Shown here: piece by piece, positions 17,672 through 26,934 of the stretch
Layout of the letters: each line of letters opens with the position of its first letter
Numbering within the stretch: position 1 is the stretch's first letter
IMG/VR virus record: IMGVR_UViG_3300035698_020047
Coordinates: 1 to 64,000 of that record
Reading direction: 5' to 3' (one strand)
Length of the DNA stretch: 64,000 bases
Source: a virus
The notes under the pieces: generated by a model
Seen by the model: the letters and a program-made list of their open reading frames with translations, nothing else
Databases searched by the model: none
Told to the model about the DNA's origin: nothing
Position numbers and translations under genes: made by a program

Positions 17672-20524
17672 ATGGCGGTTTATTTGAGCCCAGGAGTATT
17701 TACCAGAGAGATCGATCTTAGCGTTCTGCCTACGGGCATAGGGGCGCTAAGGCCGGCATTCATCGGCGCCACCCAGAAGGGCCCAGTCAACGAACCTGTG
17801 TTGGTTACATCGGCACAAGATTTCGTTGACACCTTCGGCAACCCATTCCCAGAGAGTTATTTGGGATATGCGGTTATCGCCTACCTCGAAGAAGGTAGCT
17901 CATGCTATGTTCTTCGCGTTGGTGTGCAATTTGTGGAAGGTATGGATCCTGATTTAGCAGATATTGCTATTGACACATCTGGCGCTAAGACTGAAGGCTG
18001 GGGTCGTATCCCAGTTTTCACTGGAGTCGATGATGGAATTATCAGATTCAGGCGATTGGGTGACGGAGTTGGCGACAATCCCGACCCGATTGTGATACAT
18101 GACGCAGGAATCGTAGGTGCCGCCGCCGGTGTGCTGACGGGCGCTTATACCGATGCGGAAGTGACTGATGAATCAGCGGGTGCTGTCACCGCTACTGTCA
18201 CATTTAGTAGCGAAGCTTACACCGGATGCTTGGACGAAGTGTTCACGCTTCTAATTACTGGTGATCCTGATCTTACTGGGCCGATAGATGGCGCAACCTA
18301 TACCATCGCCAATAGCGGTGGCGACATAATCACGACTGGCACTCTTGGGGACGGTGGCACAGGCCTTGATAATGAATCTGGTGACATCACTCTGACTGGG
18401 CTTGGAATTACATTCTCGTTCACGGTTAGTGGTGAAGTTGGCGTAGGCGATACGATCATTTTCAACGCTGAACCCGACAATACGGTAATGACTGTTATTG
18501 TTGAGAATGGTGCTGCTGAAACGGTCACCATCGCTCAGGCCACTTACACCAGTGTGGCAGCATTCATTGCGGCTGTAAATCTTGGAGCTCCAACAGATTT
18601 TACTGCTGTTTCGTCGACTGACGCCAATGCGAATACTGTTCCCGCGATTCAGACTAATACTGCCGGTGAATGGATTCAGCTTATTGGTACATGTGCGTGC
18701 ACCGCTGAACTTGGAGTGTCGCAGTATATCTATGACATACCGCGAAGTTATCTGATCGGTACCGATGCCGGGCCATACAACTTCAGCACTGCAAACAACC
18801 GAGTGGTACTTGATGTCATCGCATCTGATGAGACGGTACAGTTCGATTTCGACATACCTGGGATAACTGGTACGACTGCTGCTGCGGTGGCGGCATCTAT
18901 CGACGCCAATGCGTTGTATCAAGGTACTACTTACTTCGATTCATTTGCACTCACGATTCCTGGTGGGACTGAGCATGTTGTGATTATAACATCACAAGCA
19001 CGGCAGTTCGATCAGCTCAAAATGCAGGCCACATTCACTTATCTGGCCTGCTTGCGACTTGCCGAAGAGCTTGGGATAGCATTCCCTTACACTCTGGCTT
19101 ACAGGTCGTTCACAGACTCACGCACCGCATTGCCGGACGCCAGCACTGTGAATTCTGGTTTCCCAGCAAGCTGCGACGGTGGGGCTAGCACCCAATGCAC
19201 CGCCGACACTGACTACTACGCAGCTATTGTCGGTTTCTTTGTTGCAAAATATTCCGGTACGTGGATCGAAGATTACTCACTCAGCCTTGAGATATACACT
19301 GAAGGTGTTGGTGATGTTGCAGGGCGTTGGAAGATCACAATCAACGATGCCAATGGCATTACCCACGATCTCGTACAAGATATAAGCTTTGACCCGGACG
19401 ATGACCGATACGTCGGCAGTGTCTTGAATCCAGGAACAACCATTGGCGGCGTCAATGGTAATGACTTCATCAATTGGGAAGACAGACCAGCCTGGCTTCG
19501 TCCCGATGACACCACTGAGCCTAGCCCAATCCTTAGTAGTGGGTGGGGCGAGGACGGTCCTCAGAATGGCATCCCAGCAGACGCTGAAGATAGCTCTGCG
19601 TTGGACAATGAAGTCATTGGCAACCCGTCATTGTCGACTGGAATCTACGCATTCCAGAACCCCGAGACATTCGACTTCAACCTGTTGTTGACTCCGGGAT
19701 TCGCGAGCGGTCCAGTTATCGCGCAAGCCATCCAGTTCTGCGAGAACCGTGGCGATGTGCTTTACCTAGTTGACCCGCCTTATGGCCTTAGACCTCAGCA
19801 GGTCATTGACTGGCATAATGGTATGCTGACAAGTGACTTGGCATCTGCGCTTAACACTAGCTACGGTGCGTTGTACTGGAGCTGGTTGAAGATTAATGAC
19901 CTATTTAATGGCGGGACGATTTGGATTCCGCCGTCTGGCTCTGTTGCGGCAGTTTTTGCTCGCACTGAGCGTGTTACAGAACAGTGGTTTGCGCCTGCAG
20001 GCCTCAATCGAGGCCGTCTGCTTACCGCTATCGACATTGAGTACAATCCGACGCAGGGTGAACGTGATGCTTTGTATGGTAGCGGCAACGCTGTTAATGC
20101 TATCGTAGACTTCACTCAGCAGGGAATTACGGTTTGGGGTCAGAGGACGTTACAGCGTTCCTCGACAGCTCTGGACCGCGTGAATGTCCGAATGTTGATG
20201 ATATTCTTGAAAAAGAATCTGACGCGGACACTTCGTTCGTTCGTTTTTGAGCAGAATGATGCGGTTACGAGAGCACAAGTCACCAGCACAATCCGCCCAT
20301 TCCTGGGTGATATTGCGGCTAGACGTGGCTTAGAAGCTTACAATGTCGTTTGCGATGACACTAACAATACGCCAGAGCGTATTGATCGCAATGAATTGTG
20401 GGTGAGTGTGTTCTTGAAGCCCACTAGAGTCGCCGAGTTTATCGTGCTGAATCTGGTAGTTCTGCGTACTGGCGCTAATTTCGGTGCACAAGAAGTACTA
20501 GCCGCTGGCGGTGTAGTAGTTTAA
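17672..20524 (+). CDS. tail sheath protein (T4 gp18-like) with large insertion
   Basis: YLSPGVFTREID, KGPVNEP, FG.P; C-terminal PPSG, WFAPAGLNRG, WGQRTL, RVNVR, FVFEQND, CDDTNNT, KPTRVAEFI. Confidence 0.96.
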   Translation: MAVYLSPGVFTREIDLSVLPTGIGALRPAFIGATQKGPVNEPVLVTSAQDFVDTFGNPFPESYLGYAVIAYLEEGSSCYVLRVGVQFVEGMDPDLADIAIDTSGAKTEGWGRIPVFTGVDDGIIRFRRLGDGVGDNPDPIVIHDAGIVGAAAGVLTGAYTDAEVTDESAGAVTATVTFSSEAYTGCLDEVFTLLITGDPDLTGPIDGATYTIANSGGDIITTGTLGDGGTGLDNESGDITLTGLGITFSFTVSGEVGVGDTIIFNAEPDNTVMTVIVENGAAETVTIAQATYTSVAAFIAAVNLGAPTDFTAVSSTDANANTVPAIQTNTAGEWIQLIGTCACTAELGVSQYIYDIPRSYLIGTDAGPYNFSTANNRVVLDVIASDETVQFDFDIPGITGTTAAAVAASIDANALYQGTTYFDSFALTIPGGTEHVVIITSQARQFDQLKMQATFTYLACLRLAEELGIAFPYTLAYRSFTDSRTALPDASTVNSGFPASCDGGASTQCTADTDYYAAIVGFFVAKYSGTWIEDYSLSLEIYTEGVGDVAGRWKITINDANGITHDLVQDISFDPDDDRYVGSVLNPGTTIGGVNGNDFINWEDRPAWLRPDDTTEPSPILSSGWGEDGPQNGIPADAEDSSALDNEVIGNPSLSTGIYAFQNPETFDFNLLLTPGFASGPVIAQAIQFCENRGDVLYLVDPPYGLRPQQVIDWHNGMLTSDLASALNTSYGALYWSWLKINDLFNGGTIWIPPSGSVAAVFARTERVTEQWFAPAGLNRGRLLTAIDIEYNPTQGERDALYGSGNAVNAIVDFTQQGITVWGQRTLQRSSTALDRVNVRMLMIFLKKNLTRTLRSFVFEQNDAVTRAQVTSTIRPFLGDIAARRGLEAYNVVCDDTNNTPERIDRNELWVSVFLKPTRVAEFIVLNLVVLRTGANFGAQEVLAAGGVVV

Positions 20525-20541
20525 ATAACAAGGAGCCATCC

Positions 20542-21078
20542 ATGCCAGGTTTTATGATTAATGGTGATCAAGGCGGTCAACCTAATTCGGTTGCTGAAGT
20601 TAGACGTACACATAGGTGGGTTTTTAGAGCCATTGGTACGCTTCAAGGCCGAGAAGTATTTCTAGTACTTAAGTCGGCATCCAGGCCTTCGATAACTTTC
20701 GAAGAGCCGCCAATGCACCACAACCAAGAGCAGGTTTACTTCGCCGGCAAACACACGTTTGAGCCTCTTGCTCTCGCTTGGTATGACGTCGAGCAGGAGC
20801 CGGATGTTTCGAAGGCTATGTGGGACTGGATGGAAGTTTGCATGCCGCTATCTAATGGCGAAGCAGCCAATGTGAATACTCCGAGAGCTTACAAAAGTGC
20901 CGAGGCCAACCTAGACATGATCGATGGTGTTGGCACTGCTACTGAGTCTTGGGGAATATATAATGGCTGGCCGCAGGCAATTAACTGGAATGCATTAGAC
21001 TATAGTGCCAGTGACTTGCAGCTCATCGAAGTAAAATATCGATATGACCGAGCTGTTAGGATAGATGTGGGTAGTTAG
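20542..21078 (+). CDS. tail tube protein (gp19-like), probable major tube
   Basis: KSASRPSITFE, YFAGKHTFEPL, W.IYNGWP..I....LDY, YRYD; AAGGAG RBS directly after sheath. Confidence 0.88.
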   Translation: MPGFMINGDQGGQPNSVAEVRRTHRWVFRAIGTLQGREVFLVLKSASRPSITFEEPPMHHNQEQVYFAGKHTFEPLALAWYDVEQEPDVSKAMWDWMEVCMPLSNGEAANVNTPRAYKSAEANLDMIDGVGTATESWGIYNGWPQAINWNALDYSASDLQLIEVKYRYDRAVRIDVGS

Positions 21079-21084
21079 GATGAT

Positions 21085-21624
21085 ATGCCTGGTTTCAGCA
21101 TTAATGGCAGCAGAGGCCCAGATCCCCATGTAGAGCCATACCGGGCTCATAGGTGGCATTTCTATTTTGCGAGCATACTCGACCTCACCGACGTCGAGTT
21201 GTACGCGATGACGTGTCAACGCCCTACTGTTGATTTCGATACGATAACAATTCACAATCAGCAGACTCGTATCAATATGCCCGGCAAGCACAAGTGGGCC
21301 CCCATAAGTGTGAAATTTTACGAAACGCAGCAGGGCGAGTATTCGTCTGCGCGTTCGATATTTGATTATTGGGCTGGCGGCAGCAATTCGGTGCTTAATT
21401 TTGAAACCAATACGCTAACCAGAGATTTTAGAACGGTTGTGAAGATAGCCCTCGAATCTGGTGCTGGAGTTGGTACGCATGCATATGAATTATTTAACAC
21501 GTGGCCATCTAAGGTAGCACCGTCAGAGCTAAGTTACTCCAGCAGCGATTTAACGACAGTGCAGGTGACACTAACATACGATTCTGCTCGAGAAGATGTT
21601 GACTTGGCAGGTTTAGTGTCGTGA
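21085..21624 (+). CDS. tail tube paralog 2 (gp19-like)
   Basis: QRPTVDFD, MPGKHKWAPISVKFY, NTWPSKV..SELSY, VTLTYD. Confidence 0.82.
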   Translation: MPGFSINGSRGPDPHVEPYRAHRWHFYFASILDLTDVELYAMTCQRPTVDFDTITIHNQQTRINMPGKHKWAPISVKFYETQQGEYSSARSIFDYWAGGSNSVLNFETNTLTRDFRTVVKIALESGAGVGTHAYELFNTWPSKVAPSELSYSSSDLTTVQVTLTYDSAREDVDLAGLVS

Positions 21625-21631
21625 GGTAATT

Positions 21632-22138
21632 ATGCCTGGGTTTAAGATAGCAGAAAAACAGGCTGGTCAAAAGCAGTTGCCCAAGAATGTTGTGTATACT
21701 TATACATGGCATATGCCACAATTCGTGGGGATGGGTGTCGATGATTTGAATGTCCATCTTAAAGAAACAAGTCTGCCGAGTTATTCGTTTGACACTGAAT
21801 CAATTAAAACTGGCCATACGACATATCAATTCGCAAAAGGCATCAAGTGGTCTGATGTAAAGTTATCATTTTATGATACTGATGATGTTGGGCAATTATT
21901 GAAGCTTAATGCGGGTGAAGTTTGGACTCCACAAACAGGGTTGAAGGTGGCTAGTGAGTATATGGCCGAAAGTAAGATTCAAGTTCAATACTCTGATGGT
22001 CAATTGGCATATACTTGGACTCTCGTAAATAGTTGGATCAAATCAGTTTCATTCTCGAAACTTACATATGAGTCGAGTGGGGTCAATAACGCCAACGTCA
22101 CGTTGGCGTATTCTTGGGCTACTTTTGAAGCTGCCTAA
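21632..22138 (+). CDS. tail tube paralog 3 (gp19-like)
   Basis: LPSYSFD, IKWSDVKLSFYD, WTLVNSWIKSV.FSKLTY, VTLAY. Confidence 0.8.
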   Translation: MPGFKIAEKQAGQKQLPKNVVYTYTWHMPQFVGMGVDDLNVHLKETSLPSYSFDTESIKTGHTTYQFAKGIKWSDVKLSFYDTDDVGQLLKLNAGEVWTPQTGLKVASEYMAESKIQVQYSDGQLAYTWTLVNSWIKSVSFSKLTYESSGVNNANVTLAYSWATFEAA

Positions 22139-22191
22139 TATTCTACTTGGCGCATCAAAGAGTAAATAAAGCACGAACTTGGAGATATACT

Positions 22192-23217
22192 ATGCCTAAT
22201 GAAATTCCTGAAGTACCCCAGGACCCACAAGAAGCCCCGCAAGAAGTCGAGATTGAGATTGGCGGTGAAACTAAAGCACCATCACCGAAGGCGCTTGAAC
22301 CAATGAAACACCCAGATCTATCTGGCACCGGGAAAGATTCGACTACTGCTGCAGACCTTCTAAATGAAATCATCACGATGAAGGAGGATGAATTTATACC
22401 TTGGGAGGAAGTTACTCTCCCGAGTAGGGGCCTGTATTACGGCGGCAGGTTGCCTGGCGGTGTTTGTCGCGTACGAGCGATGGGTATTCATGCTGAGAAG
22501 ATTTTGGCAACGCAGCGGCTTGCACAAACTGGACAATCAATAGATCACCTATTTAAACATTGTATCCAACTGACGGACGAAATGGATCCGTTAGACCTTT
22601 TGTCTGGCGATAGGGTGTTTTTGCTTTATGTGTTGCGTGGCCTTACGCATGGCAATAATTATGAATTCTCTATCAAGTGCCCACATTGTGAATTTACCAG
22701 CATACAGACATATGATTTAAATGAACTAGCTGGGACGCAGACATTCGGGGATGAGTCGCTTGGGGAAGAACCATTCAAAGTTTCGTTGCCGTATATGTCT
22801 GAAGTTCTTGACCGCGAAGTATGGGTGAAGATTAGATTTATGCGTGGCAAGGACGTATCTACACTGACCAATAAGCAAAAGTTTAAGAAGCGAATTAGTC
22901 ATAGTAGCCAGGGTCGGCGACCTTCGCATAATGTCGTAATAGACGAGACTATTACCGAGAATTTGTCATTAATCATTGGTGGGTTTGGTGGTGAGGGTGT
23001 TGACGGTGAGGTCAATAATAAGGCTAAAATCACAGCACTCGTAGACCGAATGCATGCTAGGGACACCTCGGAGATTCGAGAATTTTTACGTAAGAATAGT
23101 CCTGGTATTGATACGACGATTCGAGTCGAATGCCCAGAATGCGGTGCCGACTACCAAACTGACCTGCCGATCACAGAAAGCTTTTTTCGTCCGACGAGCA
23201 TTGGAGAATCCCGATGA
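22192..23217 (+). CDS. baseplate hub assembly protein, T4 gp26-like
   Basis: VTLPSRG, DLLSGDR.FLL..LR, CPHC, CPECG, C-terminal PITESFF; GGAG RBS. Confidence 0.85.
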   Translation: MPNEIPEVPQDPQEAPQEVEIEIGGETKAPSPKALEPMKHPDLSGTGKDSTTAADLLNEIITMKEDEFIPWEEVTLPSRGLYYGGRLPGGVCRVRAMGIHAEKILATQRLAQTGQSIDHLFKHCIQLTDEMDPLDLLSGDRVFLLYVLRGLTHGNNYEFSIKCPHCEFTSIQTYDLNELAGTQTFGDESLGEEPFKVSLPYMSEVLDREVWVKIRFMRGKDVSTLTNKQKFKKRISHSSQGRRPSHNVVIDETITENLSLIIGGFGGEGVDGEVNNKAKITALVDRMHARDTSEIREFLRKNSPGIDTTIRVECPECGADYQTDLPITESFFRPTSIGESR

Positions 23218-23422
23218 GCTCGAAAATGAGTATGAGCATCTGCTAGAACAGATGTTTCAACTCAAGCAACACGGGAACCTATCATTCTTTGAGATGGACG
23301 TACTGACCTCTGAAGATCGTTCGTGGTGGGCGAAGAGGCTGAAACGGTTCCAAGAAGAGCAGGAAAAAGCAAATAAAGGCGGGAATACTCCATCAATGCC
23401 ATCAAGGCCGTCGGCCACATAA
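23201..23422 (+). CDS. T4 gp51-like baseplate assembly catalyst (start uncertain, possibly a frameshift extension of the upstream gene)
   Basis: LLEQMFQLKQHGNLSFFEMDVL...DRSWW.KRL pattern; no convincing RBS+ATG. Confidence 0.7.
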   Translation: MENPDELENEYEHLLEQMFQLKQHGNLSFFEMDVLTSEDRSWWAKRLKRFQEEQEKANKGGNTPSMPSRPSAT

Positions 23423-23434
23423 GTAGGTATAATG

Positions 23435-23442
23435 CAAATATA
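23435..23442 (+). promoter_or_regulatory. candidate late promoter CAAATATA
   Basis: Recurrent motif. Confidence 0.6.
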
Positions 23443-23460
23443 CAGCAGTAAGGATGAATT

Positions 23461-24297
23461 ATGGCTACTTATAATCGTATTTCAGCTAGGCGTGGGCAGG
23501 ATGTAGCACTTGATGCCACATTCTTTTTCGGCGGTCAACGTGCAGATCCTTATGCAGTATATCGCATAGAGATTTTCAGAGGGAGCGTTTCTGCAGAAAA
23601 CATTGTCGATGCGATTGATATCGCAGCCCCCGATTCTTCAGCATATCCATCACCCTTAGTGCGCCAGCCCGATATCCCGGAGCCTGGCACATTTTGTCCC
23701 GCTCCACCGGATTGCGACTCCACCTCTCCTGGCACAGCATCGGATGATGGGAGATTTAGATATATCTGGTCTGTACCAGATGACGCAGTCGTGCCAGATG
23801 TTTATTTCGATGTTTGGTACTTCTTCTCAGTTGACCCTGGAGGCTCGAGCCTGGTTGACCAAGAAGACGAACTGCTTAACCAATGCAATAGGTTCTGGGT
23901 CTATCCAGACAATTGGTATGTTGATGGCGGATTGCAGACGATTCGGCTTGGATTTGAGCCGCTCGACATCAAATTCCGGAAGCCTGAACGTCGCCCTCTC
24001 GAAACAGGAATAATGCCACTACCATTATACGATTATGACTATAATCTAGTGGCACCAATCATTCCGTTCTTGACCCCGACTATCTCCATATGGACGTCGT
24101 CTGGGGAGCCTGTGGTGGCGAATGCGGCGTGTGACATGAAGCTCCGCCAAGGTTCATTCCGCAGTAACCCGTGGGTGATTAGCTATATGCTTGATACGTG
24201 CAATTTCTTTATGAGCACATATAGATATAGAGTTCAGGTAGCGTTACCTGACGGGACGACACGTGTAAGCGGTGACTTCTACTTTACGGTATCATAA
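23461..24297 (+). CDS. virion structural protein (beta-rich, BppU/Ig-like suspected)
   Basis: GRFRYIWSVP...YFDVW and YRYRVQV..PDG patterns; tail module context. Confidence 0.6.
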   Translation: MATYNRISARRGQDVALDATFFFGGQRADPYAVYRIEIFRGSVSAENIVDAIDIAAPDSSAYPSPLVRQPDIPEPGTFCPAPPDCDSTSPGTASDDGRFRYIWSVPDDAVVPDVYFDVWYFFSVDPGGSSLVDQEDELLNQCNRFWVYPDNWYVDGGLQTIRLGFEPLDIKFRKPERRPLETGIMPLPLYDYDYNLVAPIIPFLTPTISIWTSSGEPVVANAACDMKLRQGSFRSNPWVISYMLDTCNFFMSTYRYRVQVALPDGTTRVSGDFYFTVS

Positions 24298-24299
24298 TT

Positions 24300-25082
24300 A
24301 TGGGCATGACAAACACCTTAGAAACTGCGGTCATCAATCACATATTAAGGCAAAGTCCTTATACTCCTGCGACGACTACGTATGCTGGGATCATTAGCAC
24401 GTTGTCCGATGACGGCACAACTTTCACTGAGTTCACTGCGGCGGACTACGCGCGTCAGCCGATTAGCAGCATCGAATTCGATGCTGCCTCAAGTGGTGCC
24501 ACATCCAATAATGTTGACATTGCGTGGCCAGCGGCCGCTGTTGATTGGGGGTCCGCCAGATACATAGGAATATTCGATGCTGCTTCGGCCGGCGGTCTAC
24601 TGTGGTGGGGAGAGTTACCTGTCAGTAAATTTGTCGCTCGGAGCGCTATTTTCACCATTGAAGCTGGTGAGCTTGCCCTATCGTGCACGGGTGCTTATAG
24701 TCTTGATTCTCGCAATGGAGTGTTGAATTTAACGCTTCGCAACGATACTCCAACATTCCCATCGTCTGCACAGATTTGGGTTGGAGTAGGTTCTACCCCA
24801 GGATCTCAGAATGCATCATTGACTGAACCAGTTTCTGGATATAGCAGGGTGTTGGCAACCACTATATCGCCAATCGCCGCTGGTGCTGTGACAATTACTG
24901 CTCCAGAAATAACCTTTGCGGCAGATGGCGGCGACTGGGGCTTGATGACGCACGTTGGTTTGTTTGATTTATCGACTGCGGGGACTTTACTGTTTGCGTT
25001 GCAGCTTTCACCATCGCGAGCCATATATGATGGCGACGGGATGGTCTTCGAAACCAGCACGATTACTGCTAGGATCACATAA
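24300..25082 (+). CDS. tail fibre-associated protein with two tandem homologous domains
   Basis: YARQPI...DWG...IGIFDAASAGGLL repeated as YSRV...DWG...VGLFDLSTAGTLL. Confidence 0.7.
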   Translation: MGMTNTLETAVINHILRQSPYTPATTTYAGIISTLSDDGTTFTEFTAADYARQPISSIEFDAASSGATSNNVDIAWPAAAVDWGSARYIGIFDAASAGGLLWWGELPVSKFVARSAIFTIEAGELALSCTGAYSLDSRNGVLNLTLRNDTPTFPSSAQIWVGVGSTPGSQNASLTEPVSGYSRVLATTISPIAAGAVTITAPEITFAADGGDWGLMTHVGLFDLSTAGTLLFALQLSPSRAIYDGDGMVFETSTITARIT

Positions 25083-25921
25083 TGATCAGTGGGCTGACAT
25101 TATCACGCGTCCCACCTGGTAACATAAATGAGGGCAGTAATTGCGCTCTTACTGTTGCGTGGTCTAATGGTGCAATCACCGGACATATTGTGGTTGTAGA
25201 CTGGGGCGATGGCACGGTTGATGGTTTCGACGTTTCGTCTTCGCCGCCGAGCTACAACGAGGTATACAACCACACATATGCCACTTGGGGTCAGTTTGAT
25301 ATTTTGGTTGATGTGAGTGCTGGTACTGATGTGGCTTTAGAGGGGATACCAGTAACAGTTGTAGCCGTGACGCCCGTGATAACAGTTGCCACAGGTGCCT
25401 GCGATAACGATTCTGGGGCTACTGATATTAACTTTACCTTCGTAGATCCAGGCTTGGGTGGCTTCGATATTGTGGTGGATTGGGGTGATGGATTATCAGA
25501 CTTATGGTTCGTATCGGATGCGGGTTCGTATTCTCGCAGTCATACTTACGCATCGTTTCCATCGGGCTCATTGTCGCATAGGCGCCTCATTCAGTTGTTT
25601 GTGGCCGATCGCGACACTAATACTGGGGCGGCGGCGTTTTATCCAGCTATGACGTTTATTGATGAAGTCGATGACATTGGTATCGGTATTGTCGACGGCT
25701 ATAGTATTATTGAGTATCACGATACAGTAGACAAAAGTGGCTTTGGTAATACATTTTTTAATGGCATTCCGTTTTATTCGTTCGATGCTGACGGAACAGG
25801 ATCGGCTGCTGCGAGTGTGTCTTCTGTTTTAGATCACGTCTCAGTGTTGATCATAACAGATGTGGTAGAGTGTTCTCAAGTTGGCAATATACCCTTTGAG
25901 CAATTGGTTCCTCCAGAATGA
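25082..25921 (+). CDS. PKD/Ig-like domain protein
   Basis: Two VVDWGDG...HTYA motifs. Confidence 0.75.
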   Translation: MISGLTLSRVPPGNINEGSNCALTVAWSNGAITGHIVVVDWGDGTVDGFDVSSSPPSYNEVYNHTYATWGQFDILVDVSAGTDVALEGIPVTVVAVTPVITVATGACDNDSGATDINFTFVDPGLGGFDIVVDWGDGLSDLWFVSDAGSYSRSHTYASFPSGSLSHRRLIQLFVADRDTNTGAAAFYPAMTFIDEVDDIGIGIVDGYSIIEYHDTVDKSGFGNTFFNGIPFYSFDADGTGSAAASVSSVLDHVSVLIITDVVECSQVGNIPFEQLVPPE

Positions 25922-26913
25922 CTACAGTAGCACAAAATAGATGGATTGAATTGATTACGATCGAGCAGGGAGTCGAAATTGTTGGCTCCGATGTGGAGAC
26001 CGTAGGTGGATGGAGATACTGTAGGGGCGACAGTTGCGTCACCGATGCGGACGGCGGGGCTTTAGTGCAGACATCAAGCGATTATGCTTCCTCCATATAT
26101 GGTTCTGCCAGCATCGAAAGGCCATCATTGCCAATAGGCTCACTTATCGGTATGTGGATTGGATCTGCACCGGATTTGTTTACATTGCAACTAGATGAGT
26201 TTTTTGAACTCGGTTTAGCGGAAGTATTTAACCTATCACTGCTCGATTCTGCTGGGGTTTTTGGTAGCACACCGTTTTTAATTGGATCGTCGTACGCTGG
26301 ATTGGTGCCAGTTAGTGCCTCTAGCCTTGTGTTGGCGTTTCATGATCAGCATCAATGGAACAATAACTACGGCAGCCAAAATGTTGAAGTCGTCTTTGAT
26401 GGCCTTGGCCCATCAAATCATGTTGTACATGCCACTCAATGTTTATACTTCAGATTCGCGGGTGAGGACCTACTAGGCCCAGAGCCATATTATGAGAATA
26501 TCGGTCGCGACAATACACAAAACATATATCGCCCCTTAGAGGTTGATTCACCACATAATGCAGCTATTGTTAGCATAACAGCATCGAGCGATGTTGCACA
26601 AGTAGAAGTCGACAATACTTATTCATATCTAAAATTACAACGATACCTATTTGACCCAGTCGAATATGCTGGCTTGACGCCGCGTCAAATGTTATGGAAA
26701 CGTGGGTATCAGGCTCAAGAATATAACTCCTTCTTATTGGAGGATGACACACTAAATAGCGTGTCACCAACCTACGATTGTATTGCGTGCGGCATTTTGG
26801 GAACTTCGTTTTGTTCTACTATCGTTTCGATCAAGACAGATGTAAGAGCTCCAATGACGCGAATTATGCAGCGCATCAATAAGACGCAGATACTTCCGCA
26901 GCGTGTGTGTTGA
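25918..26913 (+). CDS. hypothetical virion protein
   Basis: 331-aa ORF coupled (ATGA) to PKD gene. Confidence 0.65.
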   Translation: MTTVAQNRWIELITIEQGVEIVGSDVETVGGWRYCRGDSCVTDADGGALVQTSSDYASSIYGSASIERPSLPIGSLIGMWIGSAPDLFTLQLDEFFELGLAEVFNLSLLDSAGVFGSTPFLIGSSYAGLVPVSASSLVLAFHDQHQWNNNYGSQNVEVVFDGLGPSNHVVHATQCLYFRFAGEDLLGPEPYYENIGRDNTQNIYRPLEVDSPHNAAIVSITASSDVAQVEVDNTYSYLKLQRYLFDPVEYAGLTPRQMLWKRGYQAQEYNSFLLEDDTLNSVSPTYDCIACGILGTSFCSTIVSIKTDVRAPMTRIMQRINKTQILPQRVC

Positions 26914-26934
26914 CTCTTGTAGTATTCTACACAT

